DNA of 64,000 nucleotides from Rubripirellula sp. (lineage in GTDB: Bacteria; Planctomycetota; Planctomycetia; Pirellulales; Pirellulaceae): positions 2,016,001-2,080,000 of the forward strand of contig OZ244207.1 in assembly GCA_965216875.1 (NCBI GenBank), read 5' to 3'. Below the pieces are notes generated by a model. That model made no database searches, had not been told where the DNA came from, and saw nothing but the letters and a program-made list of their open reading frames with translations. Below, piece by piece: positions 35,801 to 44,766 of this stretch; the stretch's first letter is position 1; every line of letters begins with the position of its first letter. The position numbers were made by a program, and so were the translations under genes.

Positions 35801-38511
35801 GTCACGTTCTCGAGTGCCCGATGAACGAGGTTCAGGTCGGAGGCGAATTGCAAATCCACCACAGGGCGACGACGGTGCAGTGTCTCGTGCTCTTCGATTC
35901 GAGCCAGCAACAGGGTGACCGCCCGTTGCCAGTCATCACTGGCAAGCTTGTGGTCACGATGAGCGTTTGCCGCGTCCTTTGCGTCATCTTCGCGCTCGGC
36001 ACTTGCCGCCGCACGATTGACGGCATCACCGATCGCGGGCAATCGTCGAATCTGATCCGCCTCGGGGCCGATGTGGTTCATCACCTCGCGAGTCATGTTC
36101 TTCAACTGTTGACCGATCTGATTGTCGACCAACGAGTGGTTGACTTGGTTTTTTAGGTCGCCGTGGAACTGCTTGAGTGACCCCGGAAGCTCACCCGAGC
36201 GAAACTCATCGACCATGTCAGACATGCGAGTGGTCCAGGTGTTTGACCATCGTTGCCATGACCCGAAGTGTCGGCGGCTCGATTCTGGAAGCGAGCTCTC
36301 GTGGTCAAACATCATTTGAGTGATCGCTTCCAAGCGTCCCATCGCAACCACCACGTAACGCGGTAGCCGCGATTCCGGGATCTTGGCGTCGTCAGCTACC
36401 AGCGGCTCGATGCTCTCGGAAAGCGAGATGCCATCCCCGACAACGCCAACGGTGAATTCCAATCCGAATGCCGAACGAACGAGGGAATCGATTCGATTGG
36501 CCTGGTTTTCGGCATCACGTGCGACCGCGGCTAGATCTCGGCGAACCTTGTCACGGGTTTTCTTCCAGTCCGCGTCATCGAGTTCGCGCATCTTGCTCCA
36601 GCGAGCAAAAAAGCGGCTCAGGTCTTGATCGAGTTTTCCGATCGCGCGCCCGGTCAGCTCCAGGGTCGATGATTGCTGAATGGTTGGACTCGAATCGAGC
36701 AGATCGCCAACTTCTTCGAGCAACTGCGGGCTCGTCTTGCAAATCTCTTCCGCACGCTTGCTGAACGCTTCAAAGTCGAGGCTCGCGCCCTTTTTACTGA
36801 TCGTCGTCAATTCTTTCGACAAGTCCTTGGCCCCGAGTGCCCACGAGCTGACGTTTGCCGTGAAGTCACTCATATGCAGCAGACGTTGATGGCGATCTGC
36901 ATCAAATCCTTCGGATGTGATCAAGAATTCGATCCAACGAGACTCCCCGCGATTGCCCCGTCGATCTACACCAACGGCTCGCGTGCGTAGGATGTCACCC
37001 GGCTTCAACTTTTCGAGGGTCTTGGTCCCGTCTAATCGATTCACGAGGTCCCAATCCCACTCGGCTTGCAATTCTCGTTTGCCCCCTTCCACCTCGATTT
37101 CTCGCTGCAGCATCGCATTACTGTTGACCACAAACTCCTGGACGATCATGTCCATCGGAAGGTCATCGCTTGCGGTAGCGGCCAAAGAGACCACATCAAG
37201 TGGCGAAACGATGGTGGAATTCGGTTGGTCAACAAATTCGACAACCGGTGGTGCGTCAATGACAGGGTCGATTGCATATTGTGGACTGAAGGGATTGCTT
37301 AGCCCTGAGCGTTTGCTTTGCGCGTCGACTTGGTACTGTCCCGGCGTCTTGATGGTGATGGAAGTGACGAAGCTCGTTTCGCTCCCTTCGATTGGCTGCA
37401 TCGGTACTTCAACACCGTGATTGGCGTACCTCAACACAGCGTTTTCGACCGGTTGATCGAAGCTGACCGTCACGTCGGCGATCGTTCCCACGAGCGCTTT
37501 TAAATCGCCATGCTCGGCCTCTTCCACTCGCTCGGGCAGCTTCGTGTAGGCGGGCAGACGGTAGGTTTTGGTGAAACCTGCCGCGCGCGGTCGCGGCAGT
37601 GGCGTTAGAGTTTCCCAAAGACTGATCGCATCGCCGGCACGAACCTGGTAGTGAATCGGTACCGATCCGATCGAAACGTTTGCGGCGAAATGATGCTGGT
37701 AATCCAGTGTGTTGCCGCGTTGTTCATTGTCTGAGCCACTTGGCGCGACTCGCGGGGTCATTTCGGTTTCCCCGATGCTGCCGTCTTCGGTGCGCCACAG
37801 TAGCATCACCGATTCGGCCGGCGCTCCGCCAAGTTCGACGATGATCGCAACGGCGTCCCCTTCGGCGACGTAACCGGTCGCTGGATTCGGAGCGATGATC
37901 CGCAACTCGGTCAGCGAAGCCCGCTGGATGGCGATGCCGGGCAACATGGCACGTGCCACCCGCCTTCCAAATTGGATGTTTGGCATCAGCGACAAACAGG
38001 CGCACACGATCAAGACCGTGACGCTCAAGATCAACGGCCGTTGGACAAGACCAAACGGTAGAACGCGACCGATGTCAATCACGGCGATGCGATTGCCAAC
38101 GCGTCGCTGCAGTCGTTGGCGGAAACCTTCGGACCCGTTTTCAAGTTCGGGATCGCCAAGTTCAATGGCCGACAAGAGATCTTGTCGCAATCGTGGTTCG
38201 GCCGCTTCAAGTTGTCGAGCGAGCGTTTGCGCGCTGACTGAACTTAGCCGACCGAGTCCCTGCCACCACATCACGGCGAAAACCGATGCATAGCCAATGC
38301 AGCTGAGGGTCCAGCGTACAGAGTCGCTTAGGAAGAGAAAGTAATCGCAAGCAACAACGATCACCAACATCACAAAGGTGGCGACCAAACCAGCGGCGAA
38401 TGCTCGCAGAACGAGCAAGCTACGGCGTCGACGTGCAAATTGCGTCAACGCCTTGGCGGTCGCCGGTTCGACGTTCAAACCGTACGTTGGATCAGGGACT
38501 ATCGTTGACAT
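32866..38511 (-). CDS. Large membrane-anchored coiled-coil protein (DUF4175-like)
   Basis: Three N-terminal TMs, P.YT, D..P.V, Q/A/E-rich coiled coil, C-terminal WG.L...VP..YR..IE.YF. Confidence 0.85.
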   Translation of the reverse strand: MSTIVPDPTYGLNVEPATAKALTQFARRRRSLLVLRAFAAGLVATFVMLVIVVACDYFLFLSDSVRWTLSCIGYASVFAVMWWQGLGRLSSVSAQTLARQLEAAEPRLRQDLLSAIELGDPELENGSEGFRQRLQRRVGNRIAVIDIGRVLPFGLVQRPLILSVTVLIVCACLSLMPNIQFGRRVARAMLPGIAIQRASLTELRIIAPNPATGYVAEGDAVAIIVELGGAPAESVMLLWRTEDGSIGETEMTPRVAPSGSDNEQRGNTLDYQHHFAANVSIGSVPIHYQVRAGDAISLWETLTPLPRPRAAGFTKTYRLPAYTKLPERVEEAEHGDLKALVGTIADVTVSFDQPVENAVLRYANHGVEVPMQPIEGSETSFVTSITIKTPGQYQVDAQSKRSGLSNPFSPQYAIDPVIDAPPVVEFVDQPNSTIVSPLDVVSLAATASDDLPMDMIVQEFVVNSNAMLQREIEVEGGKRELQAEWDWDLVNRLDGTKTLEKLKPGDILRTRAVGVDRRGNRGESRWIEFLITSEGFDADRHQRLLHMSDFTANVSSWALGAKDLSKELTTISKKGASLDFEAFSKRAEEICKTSPQLLEEVGDLLDSSPTIQQSSTLELTGRAIGKLDQDLSRFFARWSKMRELDDADWKKTRDKVRRDLAAVARDAENQANRIDSLVRSAFGLEFTVGVVGDGISLSESIEPLVADDAKIPESRLPRYVVVAMGRLEAITQMMFDHESSLPESSRRHFGSWQRWSNTWTTRMSDMVDEFRSGELPGSLKQFHGDLKNQVNHSLVDNQIGQQLKNMTREVMNHIGPEADQIRRLPAIGDAVNRAAASAEREDDAKDAANAHRDHKLASDDWQRAVTLLLARIEEHETLHRRRPVVDLQFASDLNLVHRALENVTSEGYTPYKDEPPAQVFQKIANAIQMIEADHQAERLLKEVQALLALERRLEGAATSKIAHAWWLERWQTEMDWPLRYLKNLNLPWEDVGPLDRVRYSQDYNDAIKRIGQRRWSDKAFLTADGPLTALESEFATRLAVFEPKVEEAREVIRSYVLSLPEQARKAAEKAEEAKQEVDERPDAKDETVQSLEQQQSEAQEAALDTIESLVDLANTADITDREQRELSLDADIAASRIQEAVEQAEEKMSDAAATEDKAQRDEHLDQASESLQDLADTLRETADHFEKAEQGEDLSESRQAMRDQEDIPNIDDLMQRNDDATDLADQAQQDAQDALAELERELQSNQPMQQELSDIAQRAAEAAQRTLEQAATDENSLNQSLERSDPKFQEQKRLVGQQLRNLAKKSNALDQAMMKGIERNLASPHHPEASAFLDSARKDLSEATQAANQIDPENSLLSQMQQASQEMSEAVEKAADAMRKVQQLSNNSADDEVHRNDAARNRARDQSKQVERNARDQMVRAEDTNKRDWAAIERDAINRLRRAEREKRDADNALKRAENLLAEDRNKNDENLKRQVENQRQRSQQAERAAKAAQSTREFARDKSKQSEQRKQQIQKQSLPNPNGKHPAAEVASRMAERTAESLDQLAQDLDEVRQQAGFQDQLQASEQDTERLAQTQQRIGEDVAEAAEQLERAARHEERLGREELASQLAQAAEMVAESAMKATQEAQQSLENAASDSAQSPQASQDVAEANQSIADAAQQLAQLVAGQMQDAAEQMAQQTAQSQASPSEVAEGQQKAQTLDELDRALSQQPSGQSDQQSESGQQNQTGQDSQEGNQPQGDPAQGEQSSQQESGQPNPSQQSAAQASQTLSNALNQQSQQSARQRQQQFGQQEPGQQNESSEQSSESASANQRSGSGDMPDGGKVDTRGISRDGLEWGQLRERRTEDATESRKDAVPPQYRREIEAYFRAVAKRASEKSK

Positions 38512-38514
38512 CGT

Positions 38515-40848
38515 TTACACCAACCCTGCGCGTTTGCGAAGCCACCATTCGATTCCAAGCAACAGAATCACTGCGCCGAACCAATAGTATGATTGCCACA
38601 AATGTATGTCTGCTTCCTCAAGTCGACCCCTCGAGAGTGGCTTGATTGCCTCGAGGATCTTTTCGGAGGAAGATTCGTGAACGTAGATGCCTGCCCCTGC
38701 TTCGGTGAGCTGAAGCAATGCGTCTTGATCGAGACTAATCCGTTGCCGTTCAAGGTTCTCGGCCTGCCCAACCCAAATCGGCGTGCTTGCTTGTAGCGCC
38801 GCGGCATCAAACCCACTTGCCCGCACGCGGACTTCGTAAGAACCGGCTCCAAGTGGCGGCGTCTGCCCCTGGTAGGTTCCGCGAGCAGGGTCGTGCAAAT
38901 TGAGAGGGACGGTGGCAACGATTTTGTCATCGGCGATCAGCAACGCATCGACCGTGGCATCGCCAACGGGTTTGCCAGACGTGTCTTGCAGCCGCACTCG
39001 AACGGTCGACGCTTCGCCCGCGTCGTATTCGATCTTGTCGGTTCCGAGTGCAACGTAATTGTCGCTCGCGGCGTAGGGGGGCTGCATCACCGCAGCGACC
39101 AATTGGTTCCAGAATCTCGCATGGAAGCGGTCAGCGACTTTGTATCGCCACCGCCACGTTTGGTCGCTTGAAAGATAAAACACGCGTCCTGCACCGTAGA
39201 GTCGCGTTGCCAGCCAAGGTGACTGGCGGCCGTCGACGCCAACCGAATTGGCCCAGACTTCGGTACCTTCTTGGGGTTGAACGCGGCTGGCCGTTTGAGG
39301 GTTGGGCAATTCCTTCCAGAACTCTGCAAGCTCGTCTTGGTCGCCCCACAGATTCATGACCGGATGGTCGAGGCCCATCGCGGTTGGGCGAACGGTTTGA
39401 ACTTCGATTGCTGCCTCGCCTTGTTCGTAGCGAACCGGCACGAGATCGGCCAGGAAACCGCGGGCGAGTTCGCGAATTCGATCGTAGCGTCCGTCGACCA
39501 CGATAAGACCGCCACCGCGCGTCACAAACTCGCGGATCAAGAATGCATCCTGTTCTGTTATTTGATCGGGAGGCACTTCGCCAAGGATGATCGCATCGTA
39601 CACAGCCATCGCGTCACGCGAATCGGGGAACTCTCCGCGCTTGTCGCCACGATCCAGTGTTGGCATGTCGGTACCGAGTCCGAACAAAACCGTGTCGACC
39701 TGCCAGGCTGGGTCTCGCCCGAAGAGGTTGCGCAGATAGCGGGTTTCCCAGCGACTGGATCCATCCAAGATCAAGAGCCGCCGGTCGCGTGTCGATGCCG
39801 CGACGCGAAATGCCATTTGGTTGTTTTCTTGGGTCGAATCACCGACAAGCGGTTCGACAACGGCTTTCAAGTCCATCACGACACTGCTGCGTCTTACGCC
39901 ACGCGGAATGTCGCCCTCCATTTGCTGAACGATCGGTTCGACGTCGAGCTCGAAGGGGATCTCGCGCTGAGCGGCTGCGGTGACCGGAATGGTCTTTTCC
40001 CAAAAGGTCTTGCCGCCCGCTTCAATGCGAACTTTCATCTGGTCGCCAACGAGCCCCTGTTGCTTCATGACCAAGGTGCCGGACAAACGTCCGTCAGAAG
40101 CAACATTCTCGGGGCGGGAAATGCTGACAACGCCGACGTCGTCTGGTTCGTCGCTTGAGCCAACGCCGATCGCATGCACTTGAACGCCAGCCGCTTTAAG
40201 CTGCTCTGCGACCAGCATGGCCGAGTTGCCAGAGTTGTCGCGGCCATCGGTCATCAAGACGATCGCCGCGCGGCTTCCTTGGTCGTCCGCAGGATCACCG
40301 AGTTCAACGCTTTCGGTCGATCCGAGCATCGTTTTCAATGCCGCCGCGAGTTCGGTCACTTGGCCATCAGCGACCACTTCCAAAGAATTCGGCGTTTCGG
40401 ATTCGTCGGTCGAGGACCAAACCGTACTGGGCGAGCCTTGGGAAAAGGCGATCACATCGACCAAGTGCGTTTGGCGGAGCGACTCGAGCCAGCCGACGCT
40501 CTGGCCATCACCGGTTAGCTTGCTTGCGGCTCGTTCAATACGAAGGGGACGTGTTTCAGCATCACTGCTGTCGGTCACTCCCATGCTTTGCGATGCGTCG
40601 AGTGCAAAAACGACTCTACCGAGCGTCCCGACAACGCGCGTGCGATGGATTACCGGACCGGCCAGCAAAAGAATCGCGAGCGCTACCGCGGACGCACGCA
40701 GGGCGGGCAACAGATAGCTGTACGGTAGGTCGAGGCCCCTGGTTTCTTTGGCGTAGACCCACAAAACAAACAACGCGCCCAGCAAGGCAGCCAATGCCAC
40801 CAGAATGGGCGGGAAATCTCCGGCAAAACGCAATGAACTTGTCGTCAC
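38515..40848 (-). CDS. VWA + glutamine-amidotransferase-like domain membrane protein
   Basis: MIDAS DASQS, TDG, WE.RYLRN, GGGL, G.GRV, TWRWR, EWWLRKR.GL. Confidence 0.88.
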   Translation of the reverse strand: MTTSSLRFAGDFPPILVALAALLGALFVLWVYAKETRGLDLPYSYLLPALRASAVALAILLLAGPVIHRTRVVGTLGRVVFALDASQSMGVTDSSDAETRPLRIERAASKLTGDGQSVGWLESLRQTHLVDVIAFSQGSPSTVWSSTDESETPNSLEVVADGQVTELAAALKTMLGSTESVELGDPADDQGSRAAIVLMTDGRDNSGNSAMLVAEQLKAAGVQVHAIGVGSSDEPDDVGVVSISRPENVASDGRLSGTLVMKQQGLVGDQMKVRIEAGGKTFWEKTIPVTAAAQREIPFELDVEPIVQQMEGDIPRGVRRSSVVMDLKAVVEPLVGDSTQENNQMAFRVAASTRDRRLLILDGSSRWETRYLRNLFGRDPAWQVDTVLFGLGTDMPTLDRGDKRGEFPDSRDAMAVYDAIILGEVPPDQITEQDAFLIREFVTRGGGLIVVDGRYDRIRELARGFLADLVPVRYEQGEAAIEVQTVRPTAMGLDHPVMNLWGDQDELAEFWKELPNPQTASRVQPQEGTEVWANSVGVDGRQSPWLATRLYGAGRVFYLSSDQTWRWRYKVADRFHARFWNQLVAAVMQPPYAASDNYVALGTDKIEYDAGEASTVRVRLQDTSGKPVGDATVDALLIADDKIVATVPLNLHDPARGTYQGQTPPLGAGSYEVRVRASGFDAAALQASTPIWVGQAENLERQRISLDQDALLQLTEAGAGIYVHESSSEKILEAIKPLSRGRLEEADIHLWQSYYWFGAVILLLGIEWWLRKRAGLV

Positions 40849-43109
40849 GCTTCACCTCGCTTTGCTCGGCGAACAGCATGTTGTTGCAAGAACAACTCTC
40901 CAATCATTCCGACTAACAATCCCAGTAGCAGCCACCGCCAGATCTCACGCCCAAAACGTTGCTCGCGGTCATCGGACATCCACGATGCGACGTCACTGTG
41001 AATGTTTGCACCAACGGCTTTGGCTGCCGCCGCCAATTGTCCCGATTCGGCATCGCGAAGCTGCGATTCCGACTTAGGAATCTCGACCACGCGGATCGTT
41101 TCGTCAGCGTCGGCTTCAAGTTGTCCATTTTCGATGGTTCGACGGAAGCGATAGACACCGGGAACTTTGCCACTGGCAACGACGAGCTCGTTGGGTGAGC
41201 CTGCATCGGGCTCGATCACGGTCTCGGAGCCACCCGGCTCGGTGAGCGTGTAGGTGAAAGTCTTCTCTGCTTGATTTGCCTTGTTGTCTGGATCCTCGTC
41301 GGTATCCGGCTCGCCAAATTCGTGCAGCCCAACCGCCAATCGCTGCCCCACGTCATAGGTCGTTTGCGAACGGTTTCCACCCAAGTCGAGCACCAATTGT
41401 TGAATCATTGGCAAATAGACGATCCTCATCGGGAACGTCGACCAAGCGGCATCGCAGGGCAGGCCAAACTGTACGACCTGGCCCCTACCGCGACGCGCGG
41501 CGACGACAAGTGGATCGCCACCGACCATCGACAGCAGCGTGACCGATGGCGGCAAAGCTTCGCCATCTTCAACAGCGTCGTCGGCCACCGTCAGTTTTCG
41601 GTAACGGTAGACCTCGACTTCCGACAACGGTTGCTGATCCTTTGATTCCAACAGAGCCCACGGCGTGAATTGCGGATTGACCGCGCCGATCGTGAAGGGT
41701 TTGTCGCGTGTCTCTTTGTCATCGCCGACCGTTTCAGCCAACGTCGCTGAAAGCATCAACTTGCCCGACTCGGATTCCCAGCCCTGATTGTAAGATTCGA
41801 CGTCGACCGAATCGCCGTCAAAGACAACGAGGGCGCCTCCCTGCAAGACAAAGTCGGAAATCCGTGATGCGTTGTCACCGGGTGATTTCATGTTGGCCAA
41901 AACAACGATGTCGGGACGCTTTTCATCAATCGCTTTTGCGAATTGACGCATGGTCACGACGCGTGTCGAAACGGCGTCTGGCAAATCTTCACCGCCAAAC
42001 GCAAAGGGGCTTAGCGCGATCGCTAGAAAGTCGGATTCCCCCTCGAGTGGCCGACTGCTCGGGCGTCCATCGGCAACGAGTACATGAATCTCGGACGCCA
42101 CATCGACACCAATGCTCCGCCGATTGTCACTGGAAAGGGCATCCGCAAACTCAACAGCCGCGGTCACCACATGGATGCCCGGTTCGGCGGTGGCGTGTGT
42201 CAAGCGATCAGTTGCTGTCGATCGCGGCGGAATCGACATGGTTCTTGCTGGCAGCGGCTTCCCGTCGACCGACCAGACGACTCGCACATCATGTGCAACG
42301 CGGTCACTCGCATTTCGGAAGCGAGCCGAGTAACGTGCCGGACGCCCCGCGATCACTGCAGGCGAATCCACCAGAATCGAATCGACCGAAACGTTGCTTA
42401 GCGAATCAGAGTCCACACCGTAGTTGAGGAAACTGACGACAGGACTCGGCTTGCTCTCGGCAAGAACGGTCTGCACCCGTTCAAGCGTTTCGAAACTTCG
42501 GTTGCACAAGTTCGCGCTTGCAAAATCGGAGACGATCAAGACTTTGCGATTGACGTGTGTGGCCTTGGCACTTGCTTCACCAGCAGCGCGAACAAACTGC
42601 CCCAAATCGAGCGGGCCACCATCGGTCTTGAGTTCGCGGATCTTTCGCAACGCATCTTGGGGTCCCATCGTTGCCGGGGGTGAGTCGATTTGACTTGCCG
42701 CGAGCAAAATCACTTCGTCGCGTCGCGACAGACGTTTCACGATGTTGGTCAAATCGGCTTTGGCCTGTTCGATTCGTGTCTGTCCAGTTTCATCGCGCGC
42801 CGACATGCTGCGACTGTCATCAATCGCAATCACGAGTGTCTGGGGCGCATCGCCAGGCAATGTCTTGAAACCGGTAAGAACCGGTCGCGCCAAACAAAAC
42901 GCCAACAGGATGGGAATCGCGCAGCGTAGCAACAGCAGCAGCAGGTTCATCAATTGCAACCGTCGCCGATTGATTCGAACGACACTGTCGAGCAGATACA
43001 TCGCCCCCCAATCGACCGTCGTGAACCGGCTGCGGAACAAGAGGTGAATGACCAACGGAACTGAAAATGCAATCGCACCAAAGGCGAGGATGCCGTTGAG
43101 CATCGTCAT
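40845..43109 (-). CDS. BatA (aerotolerance regulator N-terminal)/VWA domain protein
   Basis: VPLVIHL...WGAM.LL...LL.LR...ARP; DDSRSM; SDF; C-terminal W..LL...E. Confidence 0.9.
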   Translation of the reverse strand: MTMLNGILAFGAIAFSVPLVIHLLFRSRFTTVDWGAMYLLDSVVRINRRRLQLMNLLLLLLRCAIPILLAFCLARPVLTGFKTLPGDAPQTLVIAIDDSRSMSARDETGQTRIEQAKADLTNIVKRLSRRDEVILLAASQIDSPPATMGPQDALRKIRELKTDGGPLDLGQFVRAAGEASAKATHVNRKVLIVSDFASANLCNRSFETLERVQTVLAESKPSPVVSFLNYGVDSDSLSNVSVDSILVDSPAVIAGRPARYSARFRNASDRVAHDVRVVWSVDGKPLPARTMSIPPRSTATDRLTHATAEPGIHVVTAAVEFADALSSDNRRSIGVDVASEIHVLVADGRPSSRPLEGESDFLAIALSPFAFGGEDLPDAVSTRVVTMRQFAKAIDEKRPDIVVLANMKSPGDNASRISDFVLQGGALVVFDGDSVDVESYNQGWESESGKLMLSATLAETVGDDKETRDKPFTIGAVNPQFTPWALLESKDQQPLSEVEVYRYRKLTVADDAVEDGEALPPSVTLLSMVGGDPLVVAARRGRGQVVQFGLPCDAAWSTFPMRIVYLPMIQQLVLDLGGNRSQTTYDVGQRLAVGLHEFGEPDTDEDPDNKANQAEKTFTYTLTEPGGSETVIEPDAGSPNELVVASGKVPGVYRFRRTIENGQLEADADETIRVVEIPKSESQLRDAESGQLAAAAKAVGANIHSDVASWMSDDREQRFGREIWRWLLLGLLVGMIGELFLQQHAVRRAKRGEA

Positions 43110-44005
43110 CGCAACCGCCTCCTGAGCGCCAGGTACTCATGCAAGGCTTCGGCAAGTGGCCGGTCGGTTGTCATCGGTATATGGTCAACGCGGTGTTTGC
43201 GACACGACTCACGCAGCTGACTTTGGTGCTGTTCGAGACGTTCCAAATAGGCGTCCCGTAGCGATCGCGTGTCGACCACTTGTTCGTTGGCTGTGTTTTC
43301 GAGATCTCGGAATTGAACCCGTCCCGTAAAAGGAAAATCGACTTCGTCCTGATCCAGAATCTGGAAAAACAAGACCTCGTGGTTTTGCGACCGAAACTGA
43401 GAGAGCGACCGACTGATCGAGGATACATCGCCCATTGCATCCGAGATGATGATCAACAAACCGCGACGACCAAGCGTTGGCGCAATCTTTCCGAAAACGC
43501 CGCCCAAATCGGTCTCTCGTCGCGAGACGTCCTTTGCCAGTGCCGTCATCATCGCCCGCAGGTGCGACGGCCTTGCCTTGACTGGCAAACGATCACGAGG
43601 CTCGTCGTCAAACGTGACCAGTCCGACGGCGTCCTGTTGACTCAGCATCAAGTAAGTCAGCGACGCGGCAAGCTGTTGGGCATAGTCAAACTTGCTCTGC
43701 TCGCTTTTGGTTCCTTGGTACCGCATCGACCCGCTTCGATCGAAGATCACTGTACAGCGAAGATTGGTTTCCTCTTCGTATTCGCGAATGTACAGTCGGT
43801 CACTCTTGGCAAAGACCTTCCAATCGATGTTGCTGATTTCGTCGCCGCGTACGTATTGCCGATGCTCCTTGAACTCGACGCTAAATCCTTTGTGCGGTGA
43901 GCGATGTTTTCCGCTACAAAACCCTTCGACCACCTGGCGCGCAAGCAGCTGCAACTTGGCAACCCGAGACAAATCCTTTGGACTCAGCAGGTCGTGAATT
44001 CGCAT
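43106..44005 (-). CDS. DUF58 domain protein (MoxR-associated VWA)
   Basis: G.HRSPHKGFSVEF..HRQY..GD....IDWK, EEETN, DRSGSM, ISD. Confidence 0.95.
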   Translation of the reverse strand: MRIHDLLSPKDLSRVAKLQLLARQVVEGFCSGKHRSPHKGFSVEFKEHRQYVRGDEISNIDWKVFAKSDRLYIREYEEETNLRCTVIFDRSGSMRYQGTKSEQSKFDYAQQLAASLTYLMLSQQDAVGLVTFDDEPRDRLPVKARPSHLRAMMTALAKDVSRRETDLGGVFGKIAPTLGRRGLLIIISDAMGDVSSISRSLSQFRSQNHEVLFFQILDQDEVDFPFTGRVQFRDLENTANEQVVDTRSLRDAYLERLEQHQSQLRESCRKHRVDHIPMTTDRPLAEALHEYLALRRRLR

Positions 44006-44239
44006 AGAGCAGGCGCTGGCGCAAAAGGAGGGAGAGCAGGAGCGTGGCGGGATGGACTAAAGTATATCCAGATCTCGATAGCTTGCTGCTTGCCAGGAGC
44101 TCAGAAACAGCGAAACTTGCGGGTAAAAGCGCCTACCCCGATCGTTTCCTGTGCCAAATCTCCACATGTCGTTGCAGCAAGGCATTTCCACTTTGAACGG
44201 CATGCCATATCGCCTTAACCCAAAAAAGTTGTGCAAAGC

Positions 44240-44674
44240 ATGCGATTTCCAAATCTCGCGATCACCTCAACGCTCCTCGCTCCGATGGTTCTCGGCACGA
44301 TCGGCTGCAACGCCGAAGCCGAAGCAAAGGTCGCTTTGAGAAAGGCAAACTTAGTGACCATCGGCTCAGCCTATGAGGGGTTCGTCCAGGCAAACTCCGC
44401 AGCGCCGCAAAGCGAAGAAGAGTTCATCAGCTATTTGCAAGAGAGTCATCCCGACAAGGAAGCGGCCGATGAAGCCGTTGCAAGCTTGCAAGAAGGGAAC
44501 ATCATCGTCATCTGGAAGGGAACCTGGCCGGAGAATGCGGCGCAGTCCTCGACGATCGTTGCGTTTGAGGCAAACGTGCCCGGAAGCGGCGGGTATGCCG
44601 TCACCGCCGCCGGTCAAGTCGAACTGGTGACCGCGGGTGCGTTCGCTGAACGCGAGACGCTGGCAACCAAATGA
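44240..44674 (+). CDS. Hypothetical lipoprotein
   Basis: Lipobox TIGC; L..IG.AY...P....E...AFE..VP..GG pattern of Planctomycete proteins. Confidence 0.72.
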   Translation: MRFPNLAITSTLLAPMVLGTIGCNAEAEAKVALRKANLVTIGSAYEGFVQANSAAPQSEEEFISYLQESHPDKEAADEAVASLQEGNIIVIWKGTWPENAAQSSTIVAFEANVPGSGGYAVTAAGQVELVTAGAFAERETLATK

Positions 44675-44677
44675 CGT

Positions 44678-44765
44678 GCGCTCCAACAATCACCCTCCCG
44701 CTTGCGGGAGGGTGTTAATACACGGAGTTTCGAAGCCTAGTGGAAGCGCAATCGCAACCTGCAGC
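44678..44765. repeat. REP-like family A, internally deleted copy 3
   Basis: gcgctccaacaatcaccctcccgcttgcgggaggg identical to the 3777 copy, joined directly to the tail seen at ~3893-3945. Confidence 0.82.
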
Positions 44766-44766
44766 G

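Noticed and set aside
32895..38293. Many long antisense and alternate-frame ORFs here and throughout the window (e.g. 12573-13349, 22407-23378, 56754-57746)
   Set aside because: Shadow ORFs of GC-rich coding sequence that overlap well-supported genes and carry no recognisable motifs.
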